Of a stretch of 64,000 nucleotides of DNA, positions 38,220 to 48,479 are shown in pieces; position 1 is the first letter of the stretch, and the number at the start of each line of letters is the position of its first letter. The position numbers and the translations under genes are program-made. The notes beneath the pieces were generated by a model that saw nothing but the letters and a program-made list of their open reading frames with translations, was not told the origin of the DNA and made no database searches. Source of the stretch: a bacterium (lineage in GTDB: Bacteria > Zhuqueibacterota > Zhuqueibacteria > Residuimicrobiales > Krinioviventaceae); the NCBI GenBank assembly GCA_963675755.2, contig CAXXMD010000002.1:1376001-1440000 (forward strand), read 5' to 3'.

Positions 38220-39755
38220 CTATGCTTCAATACTCTTGGGGATAGCTGCACTCAATAATTTTTCTTCAGTTGCCTGCGATGGCGTAAATTCACCTGTCAA
38301 CTGTCCCTCAGACATGACTAAAATCCGATCTGATATGGCAAGCACTTCGGGTAATTCAGATGAAACCATTATGATTCCCAATCCCTTACCCGCCAACTCG
38401 CTGATGAGTTTATAAATTTCATTCTTTGCGCCTACATCCACACCTCGTGTGGGCTCGTCCAGGAACAAGATACGGGGATGCGTAGCCAACCATTTAGCAA
38501 TAACAACTTTTTGTTGATTTCCCCCACTCAATTTCTCAACCGCCTGTGTTGTGCCGGGAGTTTTGATCTTTAATTGTTGTATATAATCTTTTGCAAGGTT
38601 CTGTTCAGCCTGGCTGCTCAAAAAGCCAAATTTTTCAACCTGTTGTATATCCGCAAGGCTGATATTCTCTGCAACACTCATCTCTATTATTAATCCAGCG
38701 GATTTGCGGTCTTCATGCACATAGCCGATTCCGGCTTCAATGGCCTGTTGTGGATTTTCGATACTGACATTAATCCCATCAATAGATATTGAGCCCGTGT
38801 GAGATTTACCATACACACCAAATATACAATCAAACAATTCGGTACGTCCCGCACCCATCAATCCAAAAATGCCCAACACCTCGCCTTTTTTCACATGAAA
38901 GGATACATCTTTTAACAGATAATCATTCACTCTGGCAGGATGTTTCAGACTCAGGTTTTCAACTTGAAGGACATCCTCACCAATGCTCACCTCATCCTTG
39001 ACGAAAAAATCATCCATGTCTCTGCCGACCATAGAGCAGATGATGTCATCCTGGGTAAATTCTGCTGCGGGTCCCGAGGTTATATATTTTCCATCTCGAA
39101 AGATGGTAATTGCATCTGCAATTTTATCTAGTTCGTCCAGCTTGTGTGTAATATAAACAATTGCAACACCATCGGCTTTTAGGGATTTGATGAGACCAAA
39201 CAAAATATCCACTTCATGTTCACTGATTGCCGAGGTTGGCTCATCCATGATGATAATTCTGGCATTCAAAGAAAGTGACTTGGCAATTTCAACAATCTGC
39301 TGCTGTCCGACACGCAGATTTTCGACAGCAGAGTTGGGGTGAATATCTGAATTGAGTTTTTGCAGCAATGCCCGCGTATCATCAGCCATCTTGCGATAAT
39401 CGATAAAACCCAGTCGGGTTAAAGGTTCGCGTCCCAGAAAAATATTTTCAGCAACCGTCAGATGAGGTATCAGATTCAATTCCTGATGAATGATGGCAAT
39501 ACCCAGATCCTGAGCATGCCGGGGGCCGGTAAAACGGACAGGTTCGTCATCAAGCAGCAGCGAGCCTTCGTATTCCGTATATACACCGGACAAAATTTTC
39601 ATCAAAGTGGATTTACCCGCGCCGTTCTCTCCCAGAATAGCATTGACCTGTCCCGCATAAATATCCAAATCAACATTCTGCAATGCCAGAACACCGGGGA
39701 ATCGTTTACTTACCGATCTTGCGGCAAGTACGGGTTTTAATACTGCATTACTCAT
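38220..39755 (-). CDS. sugar ABC transporter ATP-binding protein (RbsA-like, two domains)
   Basis: GENGAGKST, MDEPT, LSGGNQQK and LDEPTRGVDVGAK motifs. Confidence 0.95.
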   Translation of the reverse strand: MSNAVLKPVLAARSVSKRFPGVLALQNVDLDIYAGQVNAILGENGAGKSTLMKILSGVYTEYEGSLLLDDEPVRFTGPRHAQDLGIAIIHQELNLIPHLTVAENIFLGREPLTRLGFIDYRKMADDTRALLQKLNSDIHPNSAVENLRVGQQQIVEIAKSLSLNARIIIMDEPTSAISEHEVDILFGLIKSLKADGVAIVYITHKLDELDKIADAITIFRDGKYITSGPAAEFTQDDIICSMVGRDMDDFFVKDEVSIGEDVLQVENLSLKHPARVNDYLLKDVSFHVKKGEVLGIFGLMGAGRTELFDCIFGVYGKSHTGSISIDGINVSIENPQQAIEAGIGYVHEDRKSAGLIIEMSVAENISLADIQQVEKFGFLSSQAEQNLAKDYIQQLKIKTPGTTQAVEKLSGGNQQKVVIAKWLATHPRILFLDEPTRGVDVGAKNEIYKLISELAGKGLGIIMVSSELPEVLAISDRILVMSEGQLTGEFTPSQATEEKLLSAAIPKSIEA

Positions 39756-40410
39756 GAGAACCTGTAATAATTTTTACCGGGATGATGCCAAGGGGATCAA
39801 TCTCAGGATCATCCTGACTCACTTCTGCGGCTCCAATAAAAGAAACAGATTGACCCGATTGCAACTGGCTTTTTGCAGGAATTACCACCTGCTCTCTCAC
39901 CCGTTTATTGATCTCTGAAGAAATGGCATTAAACTCCATGCTATTGGGGAAATCACTCACATCCACCAGTCCGGATGCATCCCGAACAGCGTTACCAAAC
40001 AGATCCAGAGCAATCAGCAAGACATCCGGGTTTCCGTCTCTGGTTGTATCCAAATAAAATCCACTCGGTTCAATCTTGACAACTGTTCCCTCACCCTTGA
40101 TCAAATAGGCGTGTTTGGATGCAATACCAAGTGTTTTAGCATATTGTGATACAGCCTTATCCATATCGGTTTGAAACAATGGCAGCAAATCATTTACATC
40201 CACAGCCTGGTCCAATACAGACGGGAGTTGTTTATCCCAAAAATTCTGTACATATACCTGGGGATCAAACACATCGGGCTTGGCATTTGCCTTCATCTTG
40301 TCCAGTTTCTTGATGTAAACAGACTGGGACAATATCACCAAACCCACAACCAGAAAGATAATATATTTAATTTTGCTATTCATTTTTACCATATGCGGTA
40401 TATTTTTCAA
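39748..40410 (-). CDS. DUF2291 family periplasmic protein
   Basis: N-terminal membrane anchor; GNAVRDA...[12 protein letters not shown] and FIGA...IIPV motifs; lies between the SBP and ATPase genes. Start may be 40383. Confidence 0.8.
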   Translation of the reverse strand: MKNIPHMVKMNSKIKYIIFLVVGLVILSQSVYIKKLDKMKANAKPDVFDPQVYVQNFWDKQLPSVLDQAVDVNDLLPLFQTDMDKAVSQYAKTLGIASKHAYLIKGEGTVVKIEPSGFYLDTTRDGNPDVLLIALDLFGNAVRDASGLVDVSDFPNSMEFNAISSEINKRVREQVVIPAKSQLQSGQSVSFIGAAEVSQDDPEIDPLGIIPVKIITGSHE

Positions 40411-41329
40411 TATTTTCCTGATTCACCAATTCAACAGCAATTGGCAGCTTTTGCGGGAATTCGGTTTTGCCATTCAAATACTTGTCTGCCATTTCAGCAG
40501 CAGTACGGGCCATGACTTTGGGGAACTGCATGCCGGTTGCCATGATTTTACCGTCACGAATCGAATCTACAACGTCTTTGGCACCGTCGAACCCAAACAC
40601 CATTACCTTGTCCGCTTTTCCGGCAGATGCCAGTGCCTGGTACGCACCCATGGCCATTGCATCATTGCCACAGAATACCGCGTCAATATCCGGATTTGCC
40701 TGCAATATAGATTCCAACACTTCCATTGCCTTATTGCGATCAAAATCCGCACTTTGTTGTGCAACCATTTTTATTTCAGTGTAATTATCAACAACACTGT
40801 GGAAACCACGGGAGCGGTTCCAGGTATTATTATCACCAACCAGGCCCAACAGTTCAACATATTTACCTTTGCCGTCCATCTTTTTGACAAAATACTGTCC
40901 CAGGGCAACACAACCGGAATAGTTATCTGACAGAATTTGTGATACGGCATCGGTATTGGAATTGATCTCGCGGTCCATACAGAATGTGGGTACACCTGCG
41001 TCTCTGGCGCGTTTGACATTGGATATTGAACCCTCTGCATCAGTGGGATTAAACAGGATTGCCTGATATCCAGCAGCGATAATGTTTTCAAAATGGTCTG
41101 TTTCTTTTGCATTATCATTTTGAGAATCAAAAATGGTTACCTTGTAACCCAATTCGCGTGCTCTCTCGGCTGCTGTTTCACCCAGCACGACAAACCAGGG
41201 ATTATTCAGAGTAGAGATTACAACAGCAATCTGTTTTTCTTTGTCTGCATTCTGACCGGCATCTTTGCTGCAAGCAGACAAAAGGAAAACTGATAACACG
41301 CTCAAAAGAATAACTATTTTTTTAAACAT
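40376..41329 (-). CDS. sugar ABC transporter substrate-binding lipoprotein (ribose/apiose-type)
   Basis: Lipobox LSAC; [33 protein letters not shown] and GFDG motifs. Confidence 0.9.
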   Translation of the reverse strand: MFKKIVILLSVLSVFLLSACSKDAGQNADKEKQIAVVISTLNNPWFVVLGETAAERARELGYKVTIFDSQNDNAKETDHFENIIAAGYQAILFNPTDAEGSISNVKRARDAGVPTFCMDREINSNTDAVSQILSDNYSGCVALGQYFVKKMDGKGKYVELLGLVGDNNTWNRSRGFHSVVDNYTEIKMVAQQSADFDRNKAMEVLESILQANPDIDAVFCGNDAMAMGAYQALASAGKADKVMVFGFDGAKDVVDSIRDGKIMATGMQFPKVMARTAAEMADKYLNGKTEFPQKLPIAVELVNQENIEKYTAYGKNE

Positions 41330-41345
41330 TTTACACTCCTGTTAT

Positions 41346-42107
41346 TTAGGCAATAATAAATTCTATACCATGTCTTGCAAATTCCTGACGGTCCTGATCT
41401 TTAATACCATCATCTGTTATGAGGTAATTGATCAAAGACAACGCACCCAGACTGGCAAGCGATTGAACTCCCAATTTTGAGGAATCCGCAACCAGATACA
41501 CTTTATTGGCCGCTTCGATCATTGCTTTTTTCACCGGCAGATCACTTAGACTGGGATATGTTAATCCGGCACGAAGGGTAATGCCTGCAGTTGCCAGGAA
41601 CAATTTATCCACATGTACATTTTGGAAAAATTCCGCTGCCTTTTGGCCGGTAAGTGACAAGGTTGGCGCTTTGAATTCACCGGATGTCAGTAAAACTGTT
41701 ATACCCGGTTGACCACCAATAATGAGTGGTACATTGACTGCATTGGTTACAACAGTCAGATTTTTATGATCAACAAGACATTTGGCAACCTCTGTGGTGG
41801 TGGTACCTGAATCCAGAATAATCGTATCACCTTCATCTATATATTCGGACGCCTTTCTGCCAATGCGCGCTTTTTTATCCATATTTTCCGTATGCTGAAA
41901 AGAAAAAGATTGAACCTGACTGGGCAGACTTTTAAGAAAAGCACCGCCATGTTCGCGCATAATCAATCCATCATCTTCCAGTCTGGCAAGATCCTGGCGT
42001 ATAGTTACCTCTGAAATACGAAAGATTCTGCTCAAATCAGAGACTTTGGCATTACCATCTTCTTTAATCAGATCAAGAATTCGTTGTCGTCGTTGTGAAG
42101 CAAGCAT
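41346..42107 (-). CDS. DeoR/GlpR family transcriptional regulator
   Basis: SEVTIRQDL HTH; HGGA, LDSGTTT, VTN and ADSSK motifs. Confidence 0.93.
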   Translation of the reverse strand: MLASQRRQRILDLIKEDGNAKVSDLSRIFRISEVTIRQDLARLEDDGLIMREHGGAFLKSLPSQVQSFSFQHTENMDKKARIGRKASEYIDEGDTIILDSGTTTTEVAKCLVDHKNLTVVTNAVNVPLIIGGQPGITVLLTSGEFKAPTLSLTGQKAAEFFQNVHVDKLFLATAGITLRAGLTYPSLSDLPVKKAMIEAANKVYLVADSSKLGVQSLASLGALSLINYLITDDGIKDQDRQEFARHGIEFIIA

Positions 42108-42145
42108 ATATAAACCTGATGTTACATATAATATTTCATTTGCTT

Positions 42146-42226
42146 ATTATACTCATAATAAAATCAAAAATCAATAAAAATTAAAGATAATCGAAAGTAA
42201 TCGAAAGTAAATACTTTCGATTACTT
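42146..42226 (-). promoter_or_regulatory. sigma70 promoter and probable DeoR operator of the sugar ABC operon
   Basis: Minus-strand TTGATT (42174-42169)-17-TATAAT (42151-42146). Upstream are 10-bp tandem TAATCGAAAG repeats and a 15-bp perfect inverted repeat (42195-42209/42212-42226). Confidence 0.7.
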
Positions 42227-42228
42227 GA

Positions 42229-44082
42229 TCATTCACCAAGATAGTAGCTTGTCATAGGTGAATGAGAATATCCCATTGACCGGTGTGTTACATCATTACG
42301 GTAAAGTGGGTCCTGCATGAGACAAATACGCCTATCCTTTGCCGGTATTGTTGTTTGGTAAATTTGCAATTCACCATCGGTAAACGTAACAATTTCTTCA
42401 CGCCAGTCACCGGCTATATCGGCAATCAGTTGAACACCACGTCCCAGATCTTGCAGATAGGTCTCTCCTTTCCACTTGGAAACAGTGCCTCTGAATAGAA
42501 TCTCTCGCAATTTGTCACCATCCCACCAGACAAGAAAATCCTGCGGAGGTGCTTCCTGATCGATTCTTTTACCATCTGCCGTAAAATAAAAACGTTCACC
42601 AGCCACTTCCATACCCGGAAACGCAGGATCAATATCACCGACAATGGCACGACTCATTTCATTATCATTGGTGGCTTCCCTCACACCAAACAACAGATCT
42701 CCGGTTTTTGCGTCACGGAGATTTGCACCCAGTTGTGGATGCGGTTCTTCGATGATATACCAAACCTCAAGACCAGGGTGATCAGGATTAATGTCAGACA
42801 AGTAAAAGCGATCTCCATGTCCCAGACCAGTACACCACATGGTTTTACCATTATTATCAATTGCAATGGATCCATTCAGGATTTCATCACATCCATCACC
42901 GTCAATGTCTCCGGTTTTGATACTGTGTTGCCCCTGTCCCTGATACATAAACGGAGCGCGTTCGTTGGTCCAGCGCCAAATCTTTCTCAGCTTTTTATTT
43001 TCAAATGACCAGGCATCAATTTTCATCATACCATAAATACCGCGAACAACCAATACACTTGGTGTTTTACCATCAAGATAGGCAACACCCAACATATGAC
43101 GTAAAGAACGGTTACCGGAATTGTCTCCCCATTCCTGCACTGTGCCGCGCTCAATCCAGTCTACCTTGTCCAGTTCTTTTCCGGTTTCTCCATCATATAT
43201 AGACAGATATTCAGGTCCCTCTATTACAAATCCCTTACCGCCATCAATAGCTTCTTCCTGTGTAGCGGCGTAAGGTGCGGTCTTGACACAAACTTCAGCT
43301 TTATTGTCACCATCCAGATCCCGAACAACCATGGGTGAAAACCAGATACCCTGGTTAATATTCCAACCCAGATCAATGCGCCACATAAAATCACCGGTTT
43401 TACCATCATAAGCATCAATCTTGTAAGAATTATTGCTGGGACGTACTCGTCCGGGGTCAACACTCTGTCTCGGATGTTTGACTACAAAGTCGTAAACACC
43501 ATCTCCATTTAAATCACCTACAGCAATTCGATCCACACCCTCCACATCTTTTAATGGAATAGAACGATATTGCGGATTGCTTTTAGCGGGATCAACAGTT
43601 ACCTCTGCAAGTTTTTGATTATTCTTGCTTTCTTTTAAGACATATACGGTTTTACTATTTACTTTTATTTTATCTATAAAATCAGTGGTCAAAGAAATTG
43701 GACGGTCATTCAATTGCTTTTCTTTTTTCTTTTTATCCATACGAAAAATATTAAATGCAATTTCATCATCATCCGAGGCTAACAACCTCCATGACAAATA
43801 CACATTACCATCTGCCAGTACAGTACCTGTCAAACCGCGATCAATCTGTTCTTCAATTCGCTGTTCAGCCCAACCCAATTTCGCATCAGGATCATAAAGC
43901 GGATCAATTGCATAAAAATTGAGATTGGGTGGTATCTCTTCAGGTGTCAGTTCACGCAAAGTATTGTCATTGTTTTCAGGCGGACGTGTAGATATCTGTC
44001 TGGGTGGCCGTTGTTCCTGCGCCGGGCTGTATGTAATACTAATAAAAACCCAGATTAAAGTACAGATAACGATTTTTTTCAT
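42229..44082 (-). CDS. rhamnogalacturonan lyase PL11 (YesW-like) protein
   Basis: VYLSWRLL, GDLNGDG.YDFVVK, WRIDLG.NI, DLDGDNKAE, AYLDG, QGQHS, GHGD and DWREE motifs. Start placed at ATG 44082 (signal peptide MKKIVI; ORF track begins at 44130). Confidence 0.8.
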   Translation of the reverse strand: MKKIVICTLIWVFISITYSPAQEQRPPRQISTRPPENNDNTLRELTPEEIPPNLNFYAIDPLYDPDAKLGWAEQRIEEQIDRGLTGTVLADGNVYLSWRLLASDDDEIAFNIFRMDKKKKEKQLNDRPISLTTDFIDKIKVNSKTVYVLKESKNNQKLAEVTVDPAKSNPQYRSIPLKDVEGVDRIAVGDLNGDGVYDFVVKHPRQSVDPGRVRPSNNSYKIDAYDGKTGDFMWRIDLGWNINQGIWFSPMVVRDLDGDNKAEVCVKTAPYAATQEEAIDGGKGFVIEGPEYLSIYDGETGKELDKVDWIERGTVQEWGDNSGNRSLRHMLGVAYLDGKTPSVLVVRGIYGMMKIDAWSFENKKLRKIWRWTNERAPFMYQGQGQHSIKTGDIDGDGCDEILNGSIAIDNNGKTMWCTGLGHGDRFYLSDINPDHPGLEVWYIIEEPHPQLGANLRDAKTGDLLFGVREATNDNEMSRAIVGDIDPAFPGMEVAGERFYFTADGKRIDQEAPPQDFLVWWDGDKLREILFRGTVSKWKGETYLQDLGRGVQLIADIAGDWREEIVTFTDGELQIYQTTIPAKDRRICLMQDPLYRNDVTHRSMGYSHSPMTSYYLGE

Positions 44083-44119
44083 TTCTTTTCCCTCTCTGAT
44101 TTTGAATAACAGTTCATTG

Positions 44120-46171
44120 CTATTGCTCAATCACCACCATTGAATATAAACGGGTTTCGGGCACGGTAAAAGTAATTTTTCCATTTTTTTCTACAAATTC
44201 CAGATTTACAGGATCATCTAAATCCGGAGTAAAACATTTTACTGATTTGATTTTGCCATCATATTGTTTTTGAATTGTGGTCTCAAATGCAGATTCCGGT
44301 TGTTCTTTAAAGTTGATAAAATGCGCCAGTGTTTCATGGGATTTATCCCGGTTGAGCAGTTCCATTACAGTAGTGAGAGACGCATCACACTCTATTGCAA
44401 GTCCGTCAGGAATATTGGATACAAGGGTCTGATATATCTCGCGATGATTTGACGGTAATACCCATTGCGGTGGTGACATCTTTTCACCTCTTCGCAATGT
44501 CGCACCCGGTTCAGGATCATCAACCATAAAATCCAGTGATTTTTTCTCTTTTTTACCCGGTATAATCTCGGGAATATAAACAATCTTGCCTTTGCCTTCT
44601 TTTCTTGCAGGTAATAAGGGATTGGTATGTCTCTGTTCTCTCCATCCGTTATACTCGGCAGTATTACCGGTTATAAGCAACGTGCCACCGTTACGAACAT
44701 AGTTGAGCAGCAATTCAACCTGCTCGTTTGAAACACATTCCTGGCCCGCCAGTACAATTGCTTTATACTGATCAGCACGATCAAGTTGCTCTTCAAACAG
44801 CAAGTCAAAAGGTACTTTGTGCTGAATCAGGATTTGTTCCATAAGGGTAGCCGGTTCATATGCAGCGTTAATGCTATAAGCCATAGAAGCCCAGTTGCGC
44901 AGCACAGCAACATCGGCGACATTATCGGTTAATGTGTAATACCGATCATTGTACTCTCTAAAGAATTCCAGTTCGGGTGTAAATGCATCAAACGCTCCGG
45001 AACCAAAAGGCGCGCCAACGGCTCCCGGGATCTGTTTCTGATGTCCAAATGCCATGTGCAAAACTGCTTCAAGAGGCTTGCGACAGGAATTTTCACAACC
45101 GGTATTCAAACGTCTGGCAATCTTGTACGAACGGATCTGCGAGATCAACGCACCGGTATTCTCATCTATATGTGCATCATAGCCACCCGTGTCAAAAGCC
45201 AACAAATCAATATGATCTTTGAAAAAGGGTTGATATACCGCATTGGTCCAATACCGGTTAAAACTGTAAACACCTTTGATATTAAATAATACAACAACAT
45301 TGGGATTCTGGCTCTTTACATATTCGTAAAGATCATTGCAATGATTGGCAAGCGACATGCAACGAAAACGTACCCATTCCTGCAGCACCGGATCATTCAA
45401 TTCACGGATACCTGCCGGTTGGGATTCGGATGACCATTCATTCACTTTTATCCATTCAGGATCCGGTAAACCAAAACGTCGCATCATGGCTTCTTTTGTG
45501 GGATATTCCTCTCGCAGATAATCGCGAAACGCTTTCATGCAACGGGGACAACGACAGGATTTGGGTTCTGTCTGCAGCATAATATTATCGAAGGCAATCT
45601 CGTCCGCATGCAGCTCATTTATACCAATATCCAGTATACGTTTAACATAATCCCGATAGGCTGGTTCATTAGGACATGCATAATGGCGAAAAGTCTGCAA
45701 TCCATAAGGGACCCATTGGTCATTCTGGTCCCGCTGTTCCCAATTCACAGCCTGAGGAACTTCTCGATACAGCGTTTCGGTAAACATGGTACCGGCCATA
45801 TAGATACTGACTTTCATGCCTTGCTTGTGCATAATGTCCGCAGTTGCAATGGCTTTTTTTATATTTGGCATTTCATATTCCAGGCCAAAGCCTTTGTAGA
45901 AAAATATCCTTCCCCATTTTACGCCGGCTTTTGCCATGTTGACAATATTATCAGGAGAGCACATGTCTTCATAACGTTGAGGTTCGTTATCAAAATGTCC
46001 CCCACGCCGCATCAGGAATTCGATGGGTTCATGCGTTAACCAGGTTATATCTTGAGCTTGTTCCTGGTGTTGTTCAGCTCGTTTTTGCCATTTGGTTTTT
46101 GAATTATTTTCAATAGCCCAAAGCTGTAATGAACATAAAATTACACAAAATAAAATGATTTGCTTTTTCAT
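44120..46171 (-). CDS. uncharacterised secreted glycoside-hydrolase-like protein (GH42-like TIM barrel plus trimerisation domain)
   Basis: Signal peptide; ACPNEP.YR, FDN and CRCPRC..AFR.YL motifs; C-terminal VPFDLL...YVRNGGTLL flavodoxin-like domain. Confidence 0.6.
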   Translation of the reverse strand: MKKQIILFCVILCSLQLWAIENNSKTKWQKRAEQHQEQAQDITWLTHEPIEFLMRRGGHFDNEPQRYEDMCSPDNIVNMAKAGVKWGRIFFYKGFGLEYEMPNIKKAIATADIMHKQGMKVSIYMAGTMFTETLYREVPQAVNWEQRDQNDQWVPYGLQTFRHYACPNEPAYRDYVKRILDIGINELHADEIAFDNIMLQTEPKSCRCPRCMKAFRDYLREEYPTKEAMMRRFGLPDPEWIKVNEWSSESQPAGIRELNDPVLQEWVRFRCMSLANHCNDLYEYVKSQNPNVVVLFNIKGVYSFNRYWTNAVYQPFFKDHIDLLAFDTGGYDAHIDENTGALISQIRSYKIARRLNTGCENSCRKPLEAVLHMAFGHQKQIPGAVGAPFGSGAFDAFTPELEFFREYNDRYYTLTDNVADVAVLRNWASMAYSINAAYEPATLMEQILIQHKVPFDLLFEEQLDRADQYKAIVLAGQECVSNEQVELLLNYVRNGGTLLITGNTAEYNGWREQRHTNPLLPARKEGKGKIVYIPEIIPGKKEKKSLDFMVDDPEPGATLRRGEKMSPPQWVLPSNHREIYQTLVSNIPDGLAIECDASLTTVMELLNRDKSHETLAHFINFKEQPESAFETTIQKQYDGKIKSVKCFTPDLDDPVNLEFVEKNGKITFTVPETRLYSMVVIEQ

Positions 46172-46186
46172 CTCGTTTTATCCTTG

Positions 46187-48472
46187 TCAGTTATTAAGCA
46201 ATTCCTGCAATATCATGGTGCTGCTAAGGTCTTTTATGGTCAGGTTTTTCTTGTTTCCGGCAGCATTCCATGCGGTTTTAATATATTTCAGTTCAGATTT
46301 ATCCAATGTTGTATCAATTTCACGTTTAGCATTGACCATATGGGTTAAAACCACATGCCTGGGCGCCAGAGATGCCAGTAATTGCGGGGTATCATAATAT
46401 GCCAGCACATTATGAATGAACAAAAACGGGCTTGCAGCGCCATATGGTTTTACCGCCAGCTCTTTAAAAGAACTCACCATATGGTCCAGCACAATATTTT
46501 CAATATTTTCATCCAATACTGCCGCATGCAGAGCCAGCATGGCACCGTCGCCATAGCCATAAATATCCAATGATTTCCCTTGCATATCCGGACGGGATTC
46601 CAGATATGCGATACCGCTCATCAAATCATGTAGCCGCATACCAAACAATGGTTTTTGCATTTCGTATGCAAAGGCATTAAAATCTGCTTCATTATCCTCT
46701 CTGCCGTAAATGATCTGATATCCTTTGAATACCGGGCCATCATCACGGTTCTTTTGCTCAGGGTGCGGATCAGCAAATTCATTATATCCCCGCAGGTCCA
46801 TTGCAAACACACGACAGCCGGATTGAGCAATTTGTTTTATGGTTTCTATACCATTGGCTTTGCCGCGCTCATGTACGTAGACAACCGTACGACCGGTTTC
46901 CCGATCAAAAGAATCCGGGGTCAGCAGTATGCCAGGCATCCACAGACCCCGGTCGGAGTGAAGTAAAATTCTTTCGAGTTTGAAATCATCACCACTGGAC
47001 GTATTAACAATACGAGACTCTACATTTGAAGGTATTGCATCCAGTTTCAAAACGGTTTTAATTTTATCCGAAACAGATTCCCGCAATGCATCAATATCAG
47101 ATCGTGATTTTATTTCAGCAAAAGATGGAGCAATTTCCCGAACATATTTTTCATTCAAGGTCAGTAACGATTCACTTCCCAACTCTTCAACAGAACCGGA
47201 TTGGGTAACATTAATATCTTTAGCGCCTCTAACCTCTACCGGTATTTCTACATTAGTTTCGTCCAGTTTGTCAAATTTCTGATTCAACCAGTGATACATG
47301 GTCTCACGAGATTCACGGTTGTAATTATGCGGCGCACCAATAAGATGATACGCTACAGTGCGGTCTCTATCATCGCCATACACACGAGTAAATACACCAT
47401 TGATCTCGTTATACATATCTACAGAAGTATTTAAAATATCTTTATCACCGGTGGCGTTAATAAGCATCATGTCTTTAACATTGTTCATCATGAGCAAATC
47501 AGACAATTCAAATCCATATCGAATACGTCCTGGAATGTTTTGCTCACCATCCAGATTGCCTTTTCCGGAATGCGGAACCGTACCATAATGCCAGTTAGCA
47601 CATACCGGAATAACTGCGGTAATTCGGGGATCAGCACCTGCAACATATTGTGTTTGAGATCCGCCTCCCGATGCACCGGTCACCGCAATGCGGCTTGTGT
47701 CTGCATTATCAAGACCGCACAAAACATCAATTCCACGGATACAATCCCAGATAAAGTAATTCGTCATATTATGTCCGGTTAGATGGAGCTGCAGGTTTAA
47801 TGCAATATGCTGATGTGTTGCCTGTCCCATGTCAGATTCCATTTCAGAATCAGGATTAAACAAAATCTTGCGTTCACCCTGCCCAAAGGGATCAAAGGCA
47901 AGCACGATATAGCCCAAACGCGCAAGCATGGAACAACGTTGCTGCATGTGTGTTGCACCTTTACCATCAATCTGTCCTTTACCTCCCCACCAGTGCCCGG
48001 TTGTACATAACATGAGCGGATAAGGAACGCTATGGGTCTTGGGCACATACAGATTTGCGGTTACCAGGTATCCCGGTAAACTTTCGTATGTAATTCGGGA
48101 CAGGTCATAATCTCCACAATCCACAGTACCATAGTATTTAACATTTAATGGTGATTTTTCAGGAAAAGGGCCTACACATTCCGTATAAATGTTGCGCATT
48201 TTTTCACGGTACAGATCAAATCCAGCGGCATCCTGAACCGCATCAAGCTCGGATCTACGTTGAGCAAAGGCAGCATCTGCTATATCTCCAAAATAATCCA
48301 GTAACTGCTGGTTTGGATCAGCTACATCCATACCTACAGAGATAACAACCAGATCTTTAACAGAAAGATCAGACAACTCGACAGCAGTACTTTTTAATGA
48401 TACTGTTAAGATAAATCCTAAAATCAAAATTCCCGGATAAAAACATAATTTTTTAATCATTTTCTTTATCAT
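46187..48472 (-). CDS. two-domain alpha/beta-hydrolase, acetylxylan/carbohydrate-esterase-like, copy 1
   Basis: YESLPGYLVTANLY.P, GH, DPFGQGER, WDCIRGID.L and TGASGGG nucleophile elbow; the second fold carries GYGDGA. Confidence 0.75.
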   Translation of the reverse strand: MIKKMIKKLCFYPGILILGFILTVSLKSTAVELSDLSVKDLVVISVGMDVADPNQQLLDYFGDIADAAFAQRRSELDAVQDAAGFDLYREKMRNIYTECVGPFPEKSPLNVKYYGTVDCGDYDLSRITYESLPGYLVTANLYVPKTHSVPYPLMLCTTGHWWGGKGQIDGKGATHMQQRCSMLARLGYIVLAFDPFGQGERKILFNPDSEMESDMGQATHQHIALNLQLHLTGHNMTNYFIWDCIRGIDVLCGLDNADTSRIAVTGASGGGSQTQYVAGADPRITAVIPVCANWHYGTVPHSGKGNLDGEQNIPGRIRYGFELSDLLMMNNVKDMMLINATGDKDILNTSVDMYNEINGVFTRVYGDDRDRTVAYHLIGAPHNYNRESRETMYHWLNQKFDKLDETNVEIPVEVRGAKDINVTQSGSVEELGSESLLTLNEKYVREIAPSFAEIKSRSDIDALRESVSDKIKTVLKLDAIPSNVESRIVNTSSGDDFKLERILLHSDRGLWMPGILLTPDSFDRETGRTVVYVHERGKANGIETIKQIAQSGCRVFAMDLRGYNEFADPHPEQKNRDDGPVFKGYQIIYGREDNEADFNAFAYEMQKPLFGMRLHDLMSGIAYLESRPDMQGKSLDIYGYGDGAMLALHAAVLDENIENIVLDHMVSSFKELAVKPYGAASPFLFIHNVLAYYDTPQLLASLAPRHVVLTHMVNAKREIDTTLDKSELKYIKTAWNAAGNKKNLTIKDLSSTMILQELLNN

Positions 48473-48479
48473 CCTGATT

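Noticed and set aside
37640-38245. 201-aa plus-strand ORF
   Set aside because: Antisense shadow of the ABC permease gene, with no recognisable motifs.
40373-40930. 185-aa plus-strand ORF
   Set aside because: Antisense to the clearly identified substrate-binding protein gene.
42188-42226. CRISPR-like or transposon-end repeats
   Set aside because: Only two or three short units with no spacers, cas genes or transposase; better explained as an operator.
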